Source: Octopus vulgaris (taxonomy: Eukaryota). From it: a stretch of DNA of 64,000 bases. This document shows, in pieces, positions 23,111-37,470 of the stretch. The position numbers were made by a program, and so were the translations under genes. The notes beneath the pieces are model-generated. The model made no database searches. It saw nothing but the letters and a program-made list of their open reading frames with translations, and was not told where the DNA came from. Position 1 is the stretch's first letter. Every line of letters starts with the position of its first letter. The stretch is taken from contig OX597814.1 of assembly GCA_951406725.2 (NCBI GenBank), positions 133,548,001 to 133,612,000 of the forward strand. Direction: 5' to 3'.

Positions 23111-25097
23111 ATCTGCATGTTCATGTTTTTTCCAGCAAGCTGAACTACAACATACGTTGATACTCCTGAATAATATGTTTTACTTAGTGTTAAATACTCC
23201 TCTAAATGACAAACGTTAAAGTAGAATAATTTCAATCAAATGTATGAAATATGTATTCGCATCGATTTTTCTATATTTAGCACGAAAGAAAATTATACAT
23301 TACATAAATCACAATGACAATAAAATATATTTCATAAATGGCTTTCTTTTGTTTCAAACTTCATGCGAACAATACAAATAATGTGATTTTATTGATGATG
23401 CAAAATTTTGAATGTGTATAATATGCTGTGACCTACATTTCTTAGGCTTTTGGTGTCATTTCAGATTGTTACAATGACTACTTACCTTGCGATTCTGTTA
23501 TTTGAAAGTACGACTACGATTAATTAATATATGAGAATAAAACCAGAGCCTTGTAGTAACACATTTATTTCTTCTATTTCGAAATCAAAGTAATTCTGTA
23601 TATTCTATCTACAGTTTATTTTACGATCCTAAAATTTTGCATGACCGAAGTGATAAAAGTATGTCTACCAGCTGGAGATCTTTTTCACTGGAGTATGTAC
23701 CATTAGTTAGCATATGCAGTTTTATGAAATGCAAATATTTGTTTCATGTTTCAGTTGACTCTCTCACCCAACCATGAGCATTACTGACTATATATTCCAC
23801 AGACAATACTTAGCAACAACGAGGTTCTATATCGATAAACCGTTTGTCAGTAAAATTAAAATGTACTGTGCTAAGATTTTGTGTTGTATCTTATTCCAAT
23901 ACTAACATTTTTGTGTAATTTGATATTTGAATAGTTGATAATGATTATTGTTGTATTCATAAAATTAAAATAATTGAGTATTTCTCTTTGACATATGCCA
24001 CAGTAGACTGCAACAGATGGTTCTATAAATTAAAACAGTTCTTACAGACATCGATAATCTATTTCAAACAAGACGGTAATAAGAGCTAAATTTTCAGTAT
24101 TGTTGCATCAATTTAATAATGTTTATATAAACTTGAATGCAACATACAAACTTTGTGGGAAATAAATGCTTATGAAGAAAATTTAGAAGGGAATAATTTT
24201 AACCTAATTTTCTTTTTCTTAATTACGAGTGTCACGTAACCAAACCAGCTAGAAATAATCTAAATATCCATGCAAGTAACATGAATTTCTGAAGACTATT
24301 TCTCCAAAATGTAATATATAACATTCAATGGTTTATGCTCTAAAACTTCGACGCCTTTGAGATTTAGGTAACCAAATATCTTTCAATATATTAGATTTAT
24401 CCTATATTTGAATCTCCATGGGAAATGTGGATATAAACTTTATATCATATCATTTCTTACCACAGACAAATTTGATATATAGAACTTGATTAAAACCCAT
24501 CTAGTATTCAAAACAGACTGAATATAGAAGATATCTATGTATCACAGTCGGAGTGCACATTAAGGAACGATTACAACGCTCCAGTAGTGGTTTTATAGTT
24601 AACTTTAAAGGCAACACAGCTTCATGAAATTATAGACTAATAAATTTGATTTCTCTTTGGCAAGTAATTATGCTTGGAGAGTCATCATATATGTACGTAT
24701 ACATGTATGCAACCATGCGTGTATATAAGTATTCACATACTACTCATATTTACGTTTAAATCGGTTACATTCAGCATCATTGAAATGATACTACAACAAA
24801 TTGGCTCTATACATGCATTAGTGATATAATTAATATGTTCCCGACTGAGAGCTGATACAAGAATATGAACCACGAACTTCAAAGAACTACTGTTACCTGG
24901 AGCAGATCACGAAATATTGTTATGCCTGTAACTATGGCAATGTACAAGGACATATACATGATATATGGAGAATTGACATAGCGTAATTTTAATATCTCAT
25001 ATTTGTCGTTAATGTAAACTACTGGATAGACAACACAAATTCAGTGTTGACGTATTTCATTAAAATTGATGTGTGTGGGTGTTTGTGATAATATATT

Positions 25098-25213
25098 TAC
25101 CGAAACGCTCAGTTATGGGGAGGTAGGCACACCAACATCGATTTTGAGGCGGTAGTGTAGGACGAACGCAGGCACAAAGATAGATAGATAGATAGATTGA
25201 TAGATAGATAGAC

Positions 25214-25312
<99 letters not shown>

Positions 25313-25460
25313 CGATGGTCCTCTTTCAGTTTCCATCTTCCAAATATACTCACAAGACTTTGGTCGGCCGGAGACTATAGTAGATTCTTGACGCAGGCGC
25401 CTCACAGTGAAACTGAACCCGGAACCATGTATTTGGAAAGCAAATTTCTTACCACACAGC
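25098..25460 (-). mobile_element. Family-1 SINE whose internal array is (GATA)n (25177-25311)
   Basis: Flanks match the SINE body (ctttcagtttcc, gaacccggaaccatgt, cttaccacacagc). Confidence 0.75.
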
Positions 25461-25478
25461 AAGACCTATACGTTTATA

Positions 25479-25567
<89 letters not shown>

Positions 25568-25814
25568 TACGTATATTAATCTGAACTAAAATTTCTTGGT
25601 ACTAGTCCTTAGGATTGATACAAGGGAGATAGGAGAGACAAGCGTCATTTGAGCAGATGAGAGAAATAACTTGCAATTTTAAAGAACTGAAATTTGTGTT
25701 CAACATTCAAGTTCCATTGATGTCCCCTTTCATTCTTCTTAAACAACGAAGTGCTAGCGTTAATTCTGCTCATACCTAAACACCGCTTAGCCCTAATACT
25801 TCATTATTTAATGA

Positions 25815-26119
25815 ATTTTGGGCTTATAAATTTAGTATTCTCCTATCCTTCCTTAATATGGTTTCCCATATGCTGATCGTATCTACACTCGGTGTGCTGT
25901 GTTCTAGCATATGTGTTGCTTCTTTTAGTTTTCGTATTCTCCAGTGGTATTCTCTGTCTATTATTTTAACTTCATCCCACAGGGGGAGGTGGTCTCCATT
26001 TTTCCATACATGATCAGCTATACCCGATTTATCAATATCTCCCCGTGTCACAGCTTTGCGATGTTCGTCTACTCTTATTTTGAGAGGGCGGCATGTTTCG
26101 ACTTTGTATAATCTACCAC

Positions 26120-26120
<1 letters not shown>
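25815..26120 (-). mobile_element. Penelope-like GIY-YIG endonuclease 3' fragment
   Basis: CGRLYKVETCRPLKIRVDEHRKAVTRGDIDKSGIADHVWKNGDHLPLWDEVKIIDREYHWRIRKLKEA; 5' end joined to (TA)n. Confidence 0.88.
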
Positions 26121-26180
<60 letters not shown>

Positions 26181-26282
26181 CATACATATATATATATATA
26201 TATTACTGTTAACAAAAGTTGAGATGCGTGGCGTTCAGTTATTCCATTAAAAAAAATGCACTATATATGTGTGCGTGTGTGC

Positions 26283-26352
<70 letters not shown>

Positions 26353-29300
26353 GTGTATGTATATAAGTTATACCAATTAAATGTAACTTCATTTTCTAAT
26401 TGTAAATTGATATCTAAATGCTTATTTTCAAATTGTATATTATTCTGTTCGATTTCAGACTTTCATCATCAGGACATGGTCTACTGAATATCCTAATAGG
26501 ATTCATAATATGGCTGATGTCAGCTCATGAACGTTGTTTTCACCTCTACATAATGTAAATGCCTTTGTTTTGTTTTTTTAAGTGAGCAAAATGTAAAATA
26601 TGATCAAGTAAAGTAACCTTTACGCAGTCGCTACTTTTCGATTAGGAAACTACTCGATCAAAATTGACCTGGGACAATAAAATGCAATAATAATATCATC
26701 ATATCAGAAAAATTTAGCGGCAGTTCAGTATTTCCTGTATATGCATTAAGCAATCAATAACTTAAATATTTTATTACTCATCAAATATGGAACACGATTA
26801 TTCCATATAGCTTTAAACACTCTCAAATATAACATTACTGTGAATTAACCAGCTTTGCTTGTTGTCTGGTCCATTATTTTCAAAAATGTTGTGCCTATCA
26901 AATATCGGATATACGTGCGTAAAAGTGTTTTAAATGGCTAAAGGTTTAGATCGCTGTTTCTATAGTACAAAACTTACTGTAATTAAAGAAGCATTTTAAT
27001 TGAGATGAAAACAACCATAAGCATTTTAATTAATTGGCAGTATTGATTACGCATCACAAGATTCGTGCAAACATATCTGGAAAACGTCATTATTAAAAAT
27101 ATTTTTAACATTTCTATAGAAATGTAAATAAGCGAAAAAAGTGTTTATATCTGGAGGGCAATGTGATCTTCTGCAGATTGATGGTAATCGCCTGGAAAAC
27201 TTAATCTGCGGTACAGTCTCAAAACTTACTCCAGCCATTCACTTCCTTTATTTCATTTGTGTTTCTGCCTGAAGTCGATTTCACCTAAAGACGAGGGAAA
27301 ACAACGCTTTCTAGTCTAAAAGCAGAGCAATTCTCAACTACATAAAGACATAGAATTAAACTGAATTAAAACAGATGGACACATTATTATAATTTTACCT
27401 AAAATCTCCAAGAAGTTAAGGAGATAGACAAAGAACATGCTTCCTTTACTTCCACTTAGAAAGCTACTAAGGTATCAGGAAGAAAGACTTGTTACAGATT
27501 TTGCTTCTCACTGTTTTATGGGGTCAGTTTTAATTTATAGATTAGTTTTATCAAATCATTGTATATTTAAGGCTGAGAGAACAGGGAGCAGTATCTGTTA
27601 GGAATAAGGCTGAGGGAGTCGACAGAAATCATAACAGGTATAGTCATAAAAATCAAGATTTATTTGAAGGTATATCATGAGATTTGGTAAAGGAAAAACT
27701 TAAATCAAGATGTTGGCTGACAATTAAATGGGCTGGTCACTAGCAGACTATTGATAATGAAACAGCGGAAATTTTATCATGTAGTACTATAGTTGAATAT
27801 TTTAAGCAATACTGTTATATTGTATAAAGTTAAAGTTTAGGGTTATTCAGAGGATTATTAAGAAGAAGAATTATAACAAAAGGATAACATGCTTTATGAA
27901 TACATTTGAGTATATACCAAACTTTTACCATAATAGATGGAGGAAAAGAAGCTATCCAGAAATAGTTTAATATTTATACATACTATAAACTTAAATAGTA
28001 ATTTATCAGATGGTATTAGTGAATATTGATCAATTGATATAAACATTATGGATTGTAGTTCCGGTGCATATACGGACATGGAAACTATTAGTATGCCTGC
28101 TGATGCAAATGCGGTTTTAAATGATACTACGATTGAAGTGGAGTTAAAAACTAACAGACGTGAACATAATATACTTGATAATAGAACTTATAATGTAACT
28201 TATAAACGGACAATGCAGTTTTTGATATACAAACAATTAGGATAGGCACAGAACTCATACCTTTCATCGTGCGTCTGTTGCATGAGGTCTAACATGAGAC
28301 TAAACAAATGTAATGTTGTCACTTCATGATCGATTAATATTTAAGGAAAATATAAGAAAGCTCAAGTAAAACTTTTCAGTTACCACCTTCGGAACAATGC
28401 ACACAAAATGTATAAAAGAACTCATTAGCTTAGGCAATTCCATATACTTCGCTGACTCAATTCGTTATTCCCATGGCTCCTGTTACTATATATTATTTTA
28501 CTCTTTTTCATACAGTTCTAATATTTCTGACATTACGATTCCAAATATGTTCGGTTTCTATAGAAAACAGTGTACCTTACACTCTTTATTCATGAATAAC
28601 CCACTGTTAACCTCGCTAAAGTCGCTATAAATACAATGTCCGCAATCAACAATAATCATCCACGATGACTGTAGGAAAATCTTCAACTTTGATTGGCTCC
28701 AAAACCTCCGCATTGAAGTACTGCTTACTTTTATACCGCTGCTCCAGGTATAAACAATATTGACTGTATTCAAAACAAAGCCATACATGAGGAAATATTC
28801 AATTACAAACACGCTTCCATTGCTACCAGACAATTGCGCTTTTTATGTCTTCTGCAACATCCACTTATACTCTGCTAAACAGGCAAACGAATAAGACTAA
28901 ACTCCATTTAGTATTTAGTCAGACCTACACGATCCACTATTTTCTTTTCTCATCATTTACTCTTTCACGTCCCAGTTTTCCCAAGAAATACAATTCTTCG
29001 AACATGCTTCACCACCTAGTTTATTCTTCTCCTCCTGAATACTCAATATCACATTTATTGAAACCTAACGTCAAGTAATTTCTAAATATGGAGAGGCTCT
29101 GACATCGACTGCTAAAATGCGGCCGTTTGTATTTGAGCAGCAGACTTTATGTGCCTGACGCCTTTTAACGATATGAACCAACGCAAGATTCTAAAGGAAC
29201 ACAGGTAGGATTCAAGTATGCTGTACTGAACACATCTGTTGAAGAAGAGTGATCGGGTCATTCGTACATGATTGTGTACATTAGCAATAACTTTATATAA

Positions 29301-29899
29301 CTACAAAAAACAGTACACTGCTACCCCCGCAAGCACTACCAAACGTTTGTACGTAAAAATACACATGTAATATTTACCATTTCAATTTGTCAAGCTGGTA
29401 CTTTAATTGATATTAAATATTTACTATACTGTTCTTTTTTACTTCGTGAAAGAATATAGTTTGTTTAATAATACTTGAAAACATTCTACTATGCAACTGA
29501 TTATGTATATATGTGTGTTGTATGTGTTTTGTCTGTGTTAGTTTTCTCTTTTATGTTTCGTATATGTTTGATATTTTGTCTCTATTGACTCCTTCATATA
29601 TTGTATATTGTGTCAATAATTTCGGTTATTGTTGTCGCATTCACTGATCAACTTGTTTTCCTTCGTCAGACGAAAGCGATGTTGCGTTATATCTGCGTAT
29701 ATTACGAAACGTACACATATTCCGTCTATCCGATGCTGAACGCTCCACTTGTAGATCTATTATACTTTGTCGTTTACTCTTTTAGTACTATTGCTGTGGA
29801 GGTTACTTCTTCTTTTAAGCACTCCTCTTACAGTGGTGCCTTACAATTGCCTACATTTTTGGGCATGGGCTTTTGATTCCTAGATATGTTATTGCCCTG

Positions 29900-30138
29900 T
29901 GTGTTACGGGGACGTAACACACAGGCATCGTTTGTCAAGCGACGTTGGGGGGACAAACATAGACACACAAACATATACACACACATAAATATGTATATAT
30001 ATATATATATATATACGACGGGCTTCTTTCAGTTTCCGTCTACCAAATCCACTCGCAAGGCTTTGGTCAGCCCGGAACCATACGGTTCGCAAACATGTGG
30101 TTCGTAAGCAAGCTACTTACCACACAGACACTCCTGCG

Positions 30139-30140
<2 letters not shown>
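29900..30140 (-). mobile_element. Family-1 SINE, internally deleted and 3'-truncated
   Basis: tacgacgggcttctttcagtttccgtctaccaaatcc ... agctacttaccacacag. Confidence 0.8.
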
Positions 30141-30217
<77 letters not shown>

Positions 30218-30314
30218 AATAACATGAAGGTGTATCTATTGACCCAATTAACATATCCTCTAAAAATATAATGTCATATGATACCTAAGGAAGTAGTACA
30301 AATAATTGCACCTG

Positions 30315-30610
30315 GGCTTGGCACTAGGCCAGTATTTTGAAGGAAGTGAGGTTAGCGGATACCAGCCACCCCAGTACTTGACAGTTCCTTAATTTTATTA
30401 ACCACAGATATGTGAAATGTAAAGTTTTATGTTCATGGTAGGCAATTTTGAAAGAAAAGTAATTGTTGATAATAACGAACCCAGTACTAGACTGGTATAT
30501 TCTTTTATCGAGCGCAAAATAATGAAAAGTAAAGTTGACCCCGGCGTAATTTGAATCCTGAACGATAAGAGCCGGAAACTAGGCTTTCTGTTCAACGCTC
30601 AAACGATTCT
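30315..30610 (-). mobile_element. Decayed or composite family-2 SINE
   Basis: ccagtact..actggta..ttttatcga..aaagttgacc; partially duplicated. Confidence 0.5.
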
Positions 30611-31764
30611 TTGAATATTAATTATAAAATATATAATCATCTAAATCTCTTTTATATGATCCTTGCTAAATATAGTGAATGTATTATATATAAAACAGTC
30701 GGAAAATTCTTGGGTGTTCTTCAGTAAATTTCCTTTGAGGTTTTTTTCTATAATATAATTGTGTTTATCTTATCTCTAAAAACATGTGTAGTCGGACGCG
30801 TAATTTTGTTTGCTATCGAATTGTACAACTTCCTGGTTTCGTTTGGCATTACTAAAGTTTTTTTTTTACGTTTTGCCTATTAAGTGTTATGAATCTCATA
30901 CGCTTTTTATTTTATTTTATACGCAGGTGATTAATTCATTTTAATTGATTACATATATAAATATTATATTGGTAAATAAAAGAGAAAATAATACATCTAG
31001 CTTTGTATTGTTTTGCTGTTTGTTTCGTATGGAATATTCGTTAGTATGATGGCTTATATGTTTCTTTGTTCCTCCAATCTTGTTAAATATTTTTTTATGA
31101 AGGTGAGGATGCTATAATCATTTAGAAATTCTCTGAAATAAAAACGCACACATTTGCTTCAATTTATAACCAGGTTCATGTAAGCTCTAATGACTAATCT
31201 TAATTATATGTTGAGAAGCCAGTTTCGAAGGTAATGTTAGGATACAATAGATCAGGAAGTAAATGTAGGAAAAGCTGAGATGAGTTTACATGGCATCACT
31301 GATTTTTTGTTTAAATCAGTGTGTATAAATTTAAATGCTCTGGCAATAATGTTATAAATTCCCACTCCTTCCCAATGAAATAGTTCGCATATTGATGCAG
31401 GAAAGAAATATAGATAATATACTTTTACAAGAAGGCATGTGATATATAGTTCACTTTACTATATAAATCTCTCACTTCTATACTTCTATACACATAGTTT
31501 AGACACATAGCTTATCTGTATATGAAATTCAAATGAATAAAGAAGCAAATCTTATATTTTTTTCATATACGACGAGATACACACATAGGATATCGAATAC
31601 TCTTATGTACATATATTCGGAGCTACACTGAGTGATTTATAGATTATGTGCCATGAAAGCCAAAGCGATTAAATAATTATTTGATATGTATGCTCACAAA
31701 TATTCATATTTGTGATATCGTGTAAGAAATGTGCAAAATACGGGTAATATACACATATGTGTGT

Positions 31765-31946
31765 TTTATCTTTAATTTGTTTCAGTCATTAAACTGTGGC
31801 CATGATGGAGCGCCAACTTGAAGAATTTTAGTCGAACGAATTGGCCCGATAATTTTTTTTTTTTTTTTTAGCAAGCCCAGTACATATTGTCAGTTTCTTT
31901 TGCCGAACCGCGAAAGTTAAGGGGACGTAAACACAGACAGAAAGAT

Positions 31947-31987
<41 letters not shown>

Positions 31988-32556
31988 GTCCCATTTTCTC
32001 AGATAGTAGAACGGTCTGTCATGATACTAATTAATTTATAACTCTTAAAGATCTAATATCTAAGTTTAGATGTTTTGAAGATTGCATTCTCCCTATTGTC
32101 TTGGATATGTAGATGACGGGGTCACTACTCTCATTCATCTCTCGCCTCACTCAAGCCTTTGGTAATTTCTGGCTCATCTGTCGTTGTACTATCCTTTTTT
32201 CATTCTACCCAAATTTTATTAGTGGAAACATTGTAAATATTTCCTCTCTAATGATGATGCGAATATGTTCAAATATCTAACTAGTCCTTTATGACTGAGG
32301 TCTATGCAGTCATCTGATGAGAACGATTTTCTTTGTGATGATGTAATGCTTTCCTTGATCAATTAAGGGATTCACTCAAAACGGTCATAATGAATTGACA
32401 TTTATACATCTTTGTTACTTGTTTATATATATATATAAATATATTGGCCTGCTCGCTCAGCCAGCAGAGTGGCGTCATTTGAAGGCTAAAACAATGCGAA
32501 GTAGATTGTGACCAACGATGTGTAGCAATATCTGATAGCCCGGTCGGTCACGTGAT

Positions 32557-32655
<99 letters not shown>

Positions 32656-32820
32656 TATGCATATATATCTGACAGGATTCTTTCAGTTTCCGTCTACATG
32701 ATCTACTCACACAGTCGTGGTCGGACCGGAGCTATAAGGGAAGAAATTTACTCAACGTGCCACCCAGAATCTTGTGGTTGGGAAGCGAATTTTTTACCAT
32801 ACAGCCACGGCAGCGACTAT
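31765..32820 (-). mobile_element. Family-1 SINE split at its internal microsatellite by nested inserts (31986-32400 and 32444-32563)
   Basis: 3' half at 31765-31985, 5' half at 32665-32820. Inserts are a pLTR-like piece (ctgatgag...ctcaaaacggtc) and a family-3 SINE tail. Confidence 0.6.
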
Positions 32821-34427
32821 ATTAACATTTTTGATGTAATATATGGTCGTGTCAATTATACATATTTTGAGTTTTAGTAATGTATCAGATTTTTATATAA
32901 AAATTTTACAGCAAAAATAAAATGTGTTAAGTAGATAAAGAGATGGTGCATTTGTTAAATATCTAAAAGTTAATCTTATCTAATAGCTGTTAATTTATTT
33001 AAGGCGCTCTTGTATTTCTAGATAAAATTTTTACCGGCGAATAGCATTCTTTCTGTAATTCGATATTTTGACGAAATATATAATAGGTTGTTTAAATAGC
33101 AACATATTATTTTGTCGACAAGAAGTATGTTACACTCTGTTATATTCCTATCATAAAAAGGCACTTCACGTCAAATGTAGTTGCTTACTAATAGAATGTT
33201 GACATTTTGGATAATTAATTTTGACTACTTTCACAATGCAGATCAATCAAGAATACTTCGCACAAAGAATATTCGTGTGGTTTCATATTAAAATTCTTCA
33301 TATGTAAGAATCATGATGTTTACATGGATGTTACATAGAAGCCAACGTTATGTACAATACATTACAGTGAATCATATGCCATCAATGACTATTGTAGTCA
33401 CTAGTACATGGTCGGTGTTAGGTAGAGCCTGTATTCTGCTGGAGAAACCATCTTACAGTATTCAGTTAGATCTTACAATACGTTCAAATAATGTTGGCTG
33501 TCGAAATGTATTTCGATTGTGTCATTTGATACAATAAGTAAATATGAAAGTCTGAGGAGATTGATTAAATGACTATGTCCTCGAATGTAGGTCGGAGTCT
33601 GTTCTGTTGGGTTCCAATTATATCAGAATAGAGCTCAGATAATACTTGGCAGCAAATTGCGATGATGAGAAAAGGCAAATTTTGCGTTTGACTGGTACAC
33701 ATCTTTCAAGGCACTGAACAAGTAACCTTTTTTTTTACTGTAAATTCCACATTAAAGTCTACTTCACTTAGATATCTAGAACTATATGTAGCCGGTGCTA
33801 CATTGTGTATTATGTGTGAGTGTATGACACAGAGAGAGAGAGTGAATTAGCTAAACTACAGTTTGGAATGCCGTCATGCATTCATTAAGTAAAGTAGACG
33901 GTCGTAAATATATCTTACACTCTTCGCACACAGAAAATAAAAATACTATCCTGATATTTCCATGGCTTGTTGAAGAAACTTCCGGAGATAAGTACTTCTT
34001 TCTCTTCAGCCAAAGAATTAAAAATTAATAGCAATTTCTCTGAAACACAAACACAACCAGGAATATAGCTCAAATGTATGTATTTCTTGACGGCTTCATG
34101 AATAATATTTAATACAGAAACATCGTTTATTAGAAAATATGTTTTCGTTAGAAAGTCAACACATTGTAAATTATAATGTACCTACATTCTATATTTCACA
34201 GATTTTATAATATAGGTCGTTTGAGTTTGAAGGAATTTATGTGGGGTTGGGGATATCCAAACAGTCAGTTCATGAATTTGTATGATTAACGTTCTAATTT
34301 ATCTCATGAAACATTAAAACCGAATCAATACTATTGCAACTCATAAAAATGCAAGCTAAGCATTTATCAATATTTTAGCTATAGTGCTTTTATTCCAAGG
34401 ATAAAATTTCCTCGATTTTTATATGCA

Positions 34428-34463
<36 letters not shown>

Positions 34464-34619
34464 TGTATGTATGTATGTATGTATGTATTATGTATTATGT
34501 ATGCATGTATGTATGCATGCGTGCATCAATTAGGAACACAATTAGTGTTTAAATGTTGTTCCCACAATACATCATGCAAATTGCATTTCTAATCAGTTTA
34601 AATTCTCATTAGCAAATCC

Positions 34620-34976
34620 CTAATGGGAATTTATATAACTGTGTGACTCAAATCAGAGAGCGAAAATCTCCGTCCAGACAACACCAACGTTCTCTCAACT
34701 ATTAGCCGGAGATTTTCAAAATGAGAATACTAAAAATGAACCCGACCGCTCTCAAAAACTAAGTAAAACAAAAGCAGAAAAATAATCTAGAACCCTAGTC
34801 CGGAACCGGATCGGTCCCAAAATCTAATCAATTCGTGTCAGTCACAAGACCGAATATCCCTGGAAGTTTTATCCGAATCCATCCAGCGGTTCCTCAGATA
34901 TCTTGTCTACAGACAAACAAACAGACAAACACGACTGAAAACAATGCCTCCACCTTCTCTAAGGCGTAGGTAATAA
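34620..34976. mobile_element. Non-autonomous interspersed repeat, tentatively CryptonV-like; inverted copy at 54408-54620
   Basis: 34790-34976 is a diverged reverse complement of 54408-54605 (ttattacct..gcctta..aggtattgttttc..tgtttgtttg). Class assignment is from memory only. Confidence 0.55.
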
Positions 34977-35815
34977 GCATTATTGCTAGTATTAGGCCAA
35001 ACTAATTAGGTTATTTTCATATTAAATATTTGTATTTGCACTTTAACACCGGTGATGAAAAAAACTGTCACTAAATTATATGGAATTAGCTATGAATCTT
35101 CATTGTGTCACAAGTTGCGGCGATTAATGAAGTTCCATTTCTTTTGTCGTATGCGTTATTCACAAAATTATTTCAATCGATATCATGCGCTGTTAATAAT
35201 TATTATAGGCGTAAACCACATTATCTCGAGAAATATTATCCGAAATTTCTTCCAGTTTACGCTACCAAGTTTCCTCTCACAAAGAAAATTATAAACCTAA
35301 TAGAATGTTGTCACCAAGACTTGGTCTTTCGGGCTCATTTGCGGCATAACACATACTTTGCGATTAAAAAATATTTTCTTAAATATAACAACGCCTTATA
35401 TGCCTGCTACATTAATAAAACATTCATTGAAATGAATACGGAATAAGATGTACACAACAAGTTTTCTTAAAGCTCCATCTTCATACGAGGGAAAGCTGAA
35501 CATTTCCTGACTTTGAGGGTTTCGCAGAAGGCCTGGTTGGAAGCCTAACTTTCCCTCTTCTTTCACAAGGCTTCGACAAACTGAAAAATCGATGCAATGC
35601 AATTAATTGTGTGAATCTGAGAGGGAAATATGTTAAATGAAATAATCATTAACTGATCCTCCTGTATTTTCTTTTAAGCTAGACACTTTTCAGCATCGCC
35701 TCCTATGTATAGTCTCTGTTTCTACACGGAATACAGACAACAATACTACCTATCACCGAGATACAAACGTTAAAATAAGAAAACGCATATATACATATAC
35801 CTATATGCGTATGTC

Positions 35816-35816
<1 letters not shown>

Positions 35817-35889
<73 letters not shown>
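35817..35889. repeat. (AGAT)n microsatellite
   Basis: Directly visible. Confidence 0.95.
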
Positions 35890-35994
35890 CGTAATGTATG
35901 TATATATAATTTAATGAATGCAGGAATGATACGTGAACTACTTCACGTCTCATGCTCCGGTAGTGTCATTATCTGACGTGCTTGTATACTTCAT

Positions 35995-36390
35995 ACCGTA
36001 CACGATCCTGCAATCTAACATGATTCAGTTCTACTGTATGGAATCTTGGGCAAGAATCATCTAATATAGTATCGGGCCGACCGGCACCTTGTGGGTGGAC
36101 TTGGTAGACGGAAACTGTGTATGTATATATATATATATATATATATATGACGTAAATGTGTGTATATGTATATGTGTGTGTCTCTGTTTGTCCCCACCGT
36201 CCGCTTGAGAACCGGTGCTGCTATCTTTACATCTCCGTAACTTAACGCTTCAGCAAATGGACAGATAGAATAAGTACCATGCTTAAGAAATACGTACTAG
36301 GGGGACTTTATTCGACTAAAAAGTTCTCCAAGGTGGTGCTGCAGCATAGTCGCTGTCTAATGACTGAAACAAAAAAGGATAAAAGATAGA
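35995..36390 (+). mobile_element. Diverged family-1 SINE
   Basis: cttgggcaag, ttggtagacggaaactg, gatagaataagtac, ggtggtgctgcagcat..taatgactgaaacaa. Confidence 0.7.
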
Positions 36391-37069
36391 GTTGGATAGC
36401 CGAATGAGAATAGAATATTCCGGTGTGGGCGATGTCTTTTAGTTCGATAACAGAAACGTAACAGAGGCTTATCAGAATAAATAACGGATGGATTCCTTGA
36501 TGAGATAACATTACTTTCATAGCATTAGGTATAAAGAGGGTTTCAATGAACATTCTGTGAAAGTTTCTTCGAACTGTGCTCCTAAAATAAAGACCATCTC
36601 ATATAACACAACGAAGATGCACACTTCAGTTTCCAACTTCAATATAACAGACACATGACCACTAGACCAGACGTACATAGCTCAATCTAATGACATTAAC
36701 AACGTATTTCACTTAACTTGTCAAATATGTTGAACCTAGATTCCATGAAGAGATATAAGCTCATTTTCTCGTTTTTATAGTTCTGGCATTCCCTCGTGTT
36801 ACTTGAGCATGAGCTTGCACGCTACGCTGCAGAAGCTCATCTTCATACTGTACTGCGCGAGCATGAAAGTACATCTCGTATTACTCTTCTATTTATGAGA
36901 AAGTTATCGCTAACTGAATCAAGAGCTTATTTGTTTTTCTTACGTATATTAGCAGAAAAACCGCCCTCCAAGCGGTTTGCTGCTAGCATATGTGTTGCGT
37001 ATATTGATATTATATATACAAATAGATATGATACATAAATTATAGAGTAAATTGACAATATGCTCATGT

Positions 37070-37470
37070 ATTCAGTCATTTCAGTCATTTGAGTGCGGCC
37101 ATGCTGGAGCACCGCCTTTAATCGAGCAACTCGACCCCGGGACTTATTCTTTTTGTAAGCCCAGTACTTATTCTATCGGTCTCTTTTGCCGAACCGCTAA
37201 GTAACGGGGACATAAACACACCAGCATCGGTTGTCAAGCAATGCTAGGGGGACAAACACAGACACACAAACACACACACACATACATATATATATATACA
37301 TATATACGACAGGCTTCTTTCAGTTTCCGTCTACCAAATCCACTCACAAGGCTTTGGTCGGCCCGGGGCTATAATAGAAGACACTTGCCCAAGGTTCCAC
37401 GCAGTGGGACCGAACTCAGAACCATGTGGTTGGTTAGCAAGCTACTTACCACACAGCCACTCCTGCGCCT
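37070..37470 (-). mobile_element. Full-length young family-1 SINE
   Basis: Nearly identical to 41475-41891; reverse complement of 10700-11100. Confidence 0.9.

Noticed and set aside
27560-28245. Coding-like purine-rich stretch, perhaps a LINE ORF1 remnant
   Set aside because: Multiple stops and no diagnostic motif.
29236-29280. Hammerhead-like remnant ttgaaga-a-gagtga...tcattc-gtac; similar traces near 1400-1535, 17780, 19870 and 51800
   Set aside because: Core nucleotides are changed in several places; not callable individually.
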